Of a DNA stretch of 64,000 bases, positions 61,913 through 64,000 are shown in pieces. The notes below the pieces were generated by a model that made no database searches, was not told the origin of the DNA, and saw only the letters and a program-made list of their open reading frames with translations. The DNA is from Ramazzottius varieornatus (taxonomy: Eukaryota > Animalia > Tardigrada). The stretch covers positions 29,566 to 93,565 of the forward strand of contig BDGG01000004.1 in the NCBI GenBank assembly GCA_001949185.1, given 5' to 3'. A program made the position numbers and the translations under genes. Numbering within the stretch: position 1 is the first letter of the stretch; each line of letters opens with the position of its first letter.

Positions 61913-64000
61913 ATGAAGCCAACTTTACAAGTGATTCTCATTGTGAATTTGTTATTCTTTGCTGGGATAAACAATGTTCTGAATTTTCAACCTGTTGATG
62001 GCAAGATGGTGAATCTGTTGTTTGTGGCTATGGGTCTACAGGTGTCGGATCCGCAGACGAAAATGATTGGGACGTATGGTAGAATAGTTGATGATATGGC
62101 GGCGTCGTCCCCAAACCTGTTTCCACTGTTTTCGTTTCGGTATCTGGAAATTTCAAATGTCCCTTCATGCTCAAGTTCCGTGATCATAGTGCTTGAAAAG
62201 ATATGGAAATACTTGCAAGACCCGGCGAACCGGGAAAGCCTGACAGTAATCCTACTTACAACAGGTACACGTGCCTGGCCTAAATNNNNNNNNNNNNNNN
62301 NNNNNNNNNNNNNNNNNNNNNNNNNNNNNNNNNNNAATCGAAGCAGAGTCGCTTTCGCTCCGTTCCCCACATTTTTGTCCATCCCCACATTTAGGCCAGG
62401 CGCGTGTATGTAAAGTGGTCTGGGAAGTAAGCAGTGTCGAGCTCAGGAAGGCGCGCCTCGAATACACAAAGCCGTTTGTTTTTCTTCAGAGTGTGAGTCG
62501 CTCGTTCAGGCAGTAGCGGACATTGCGAGAGGTATACCGTATCAAATTTCCAACTTTTCAAATTGGAACAGTTATATTACTTCGTTGGTTTCAGAGGAAG
62601 GTTTGTTGGTCGTGAGCAGGTACACTCCAGTACCATAATATTAATATAATATGTGCTATCAAAATGAGGAGGCCCGTCCCAGGCCTACAAACGAGCTTTT
62701 CTGGTATAGCTGTAAACCCCCTCTGCGAAAAACCCCACCAGTACTGGACCTTCGATATTCCAACCTCATCACACTTTCGGCGGTGACAGCTGAGGATATG
62801 GCCGAAGCCTTCCTTGACCTGATGGACCAGTACCACATCACCAATTTTGCACTCATTTGTACCAGCGAGTTCTCGGTTACTACCCCAGTCAAAAACGATA
62901 CCGGCTCGGTATGTGGTTCTGTGCAAAGGACCGCTTCACTTCGCGACCGAGATCTCAAAGACCGATTGCTGGTGGTGTTGGTTGACTCTTCGAGCAACAC
63001 GGATCAAACGGAAAAGACGATCGCGAATATTCAGCAATTTGGCGCCACTGGTAAACTACCGTATTTTATTACGCTACTATAAAACGTGCGGGTTAATCCC
63101 GTAACGGTAATCAAAAATGCAACTGTTCCATCGTCCCGTAGTGATCAGCTTCGCAGGTGCAACGGAAGTTGCTGTGAGAATCATCTCGACCATAAACTCG
63201 TCGCACTTGGGCGTGAAAATTATCACCATAGTCTTTCCTTTCCTGAACAGCACCACGCTGCAATGGACAGTGGACCCTTACTGGACGTCTATGGTGAGCT
63301 GGGTAGACGCATAAGCTTCTTGAATCAACCAACAAACGCCAAACTCTGTTCTCCAAAACCAGCAACCTTTCCCTACAGGCAAGCATCACGCCACCGGGTC
63401 TGTTGAATCGTCTATGGTTCATGGCGCCGGAGTACAATCGGCGAGCTGGAGGCAATAGGTACCTATCGGGATTTCAATATCACATACGCCAGGGCTTATG
63501 GGTTTTGGAAGAGGTAAGTTCTGAAGTCTGGTAACCCACAGACTTTTATTAACTATACAGTACATTTTTCCCGCATAGGTGCTCAATGAGGAACTCTTGA
63601 CCTCTGGAGAAATATCCAGGAACGCTCTGGATCACTCAATAAAAATGCGCAATCGAACCTACTATAGTTTTGCGGATGGTCTTTATGTGAACAGTCAAGG
63701 AGTCAGGGAGCAAAGGATACTGTTTCGGACTCTGAACAGTTCCTCCATGACGTTCACAGTACATTTCGATTGACAACCGTTTTTTCATCGACTAAAACTC
63801 ACAGGAATTTTTTTACAGACCGTTCTGGCTGTTTCAAGTGGGAATGCGTATTTTGTCGACAGAAGTCCCTGGAACCGCAACGATAGTTTCCTAATACCTG
63901 ATTCTCATCGATCGGAACCGACGACCGTTTCAGCCGTCGCGAACAACAGAGCTGGTAATAACACATCGTTCGAGCTCGGTAATTTGGCCCTTACAACCGT
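61913..64000 (+). CDS. Signal-peptide protein with an ANF-receptor/periplasmic-binding-like ectodomain (receptor guanylyl cyclase-like), multi-exon, truncated by the window end
   Basis: Signal peptide MKPTLQVILIVNLLFFAG, then alternating beta/alpha segments such as YSNLITLSA..MAEAFLDLMDQYHITNFALIC, ending MRNRTYYSFADGLYVNSQGVRE. The family call is from resemblance only. Confidence 0.5.
62268..62406. mobile_element. MITE spanning an assembly gap (N run 62286-62335), TA TSD
   Basis: CACGTGCCTGGCCTAAAT on the left and ATTTAGGCCAGGCGCGTG on the right, with TA on both sides. Confidence 0.75.

Overview
Compact, intron-containing animal genomic DNA with mostly 55-90 nt GT-AG introns. The gene density, short introns and NRL-type orphan GPCR family suggest a tardigrade such as Ramazzottius; this is an inference. 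Positions 1-21 kb hold housekeeping genes: MAD2, MPP-alpha, an HTH/CENP-B-like protein with a lysine-rich tail, sphingomyelin synthase, cyclin C, two TIP30/HTATIP2 copies (one pseudogenised and carrying a pogo/Tigger transposon with perfect 118-bp TIRs) and an MCU-like gene. Positions 26-36 kb are a cholinergic locus, with VAChT immediately upstream of ChAT on the same strand. Positions 36-47 kb are rich in mobile elements: a degenerate pogo/Fot1-like transposase, several MITE families, and an intact BEN-domain gene with a decayed paralog. Positions 47-64 kb hold three orphan class-A GPCRs, TANGO2/NRDE, an astacin that has lost its zinc ligands, and the start of an ANF-receptor/guanylyl-cyclase-like ectodomain gene cut off by the window end. 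The most notable observations are: a [cyclin C + TIP30] tandem duplication resolved by reciprocal loss, a pseudo-astacin, a transposase-derived HTH protein with a histone-H1-like tail, a strong excess of TGACGTCA (many copies inside mobile elements), a MITE family with apparent 5-bp TSDs, and an MCU lacking its N-terminal domain. All gene models were spliced by eye, so exon boundaries are approximate unless stated.
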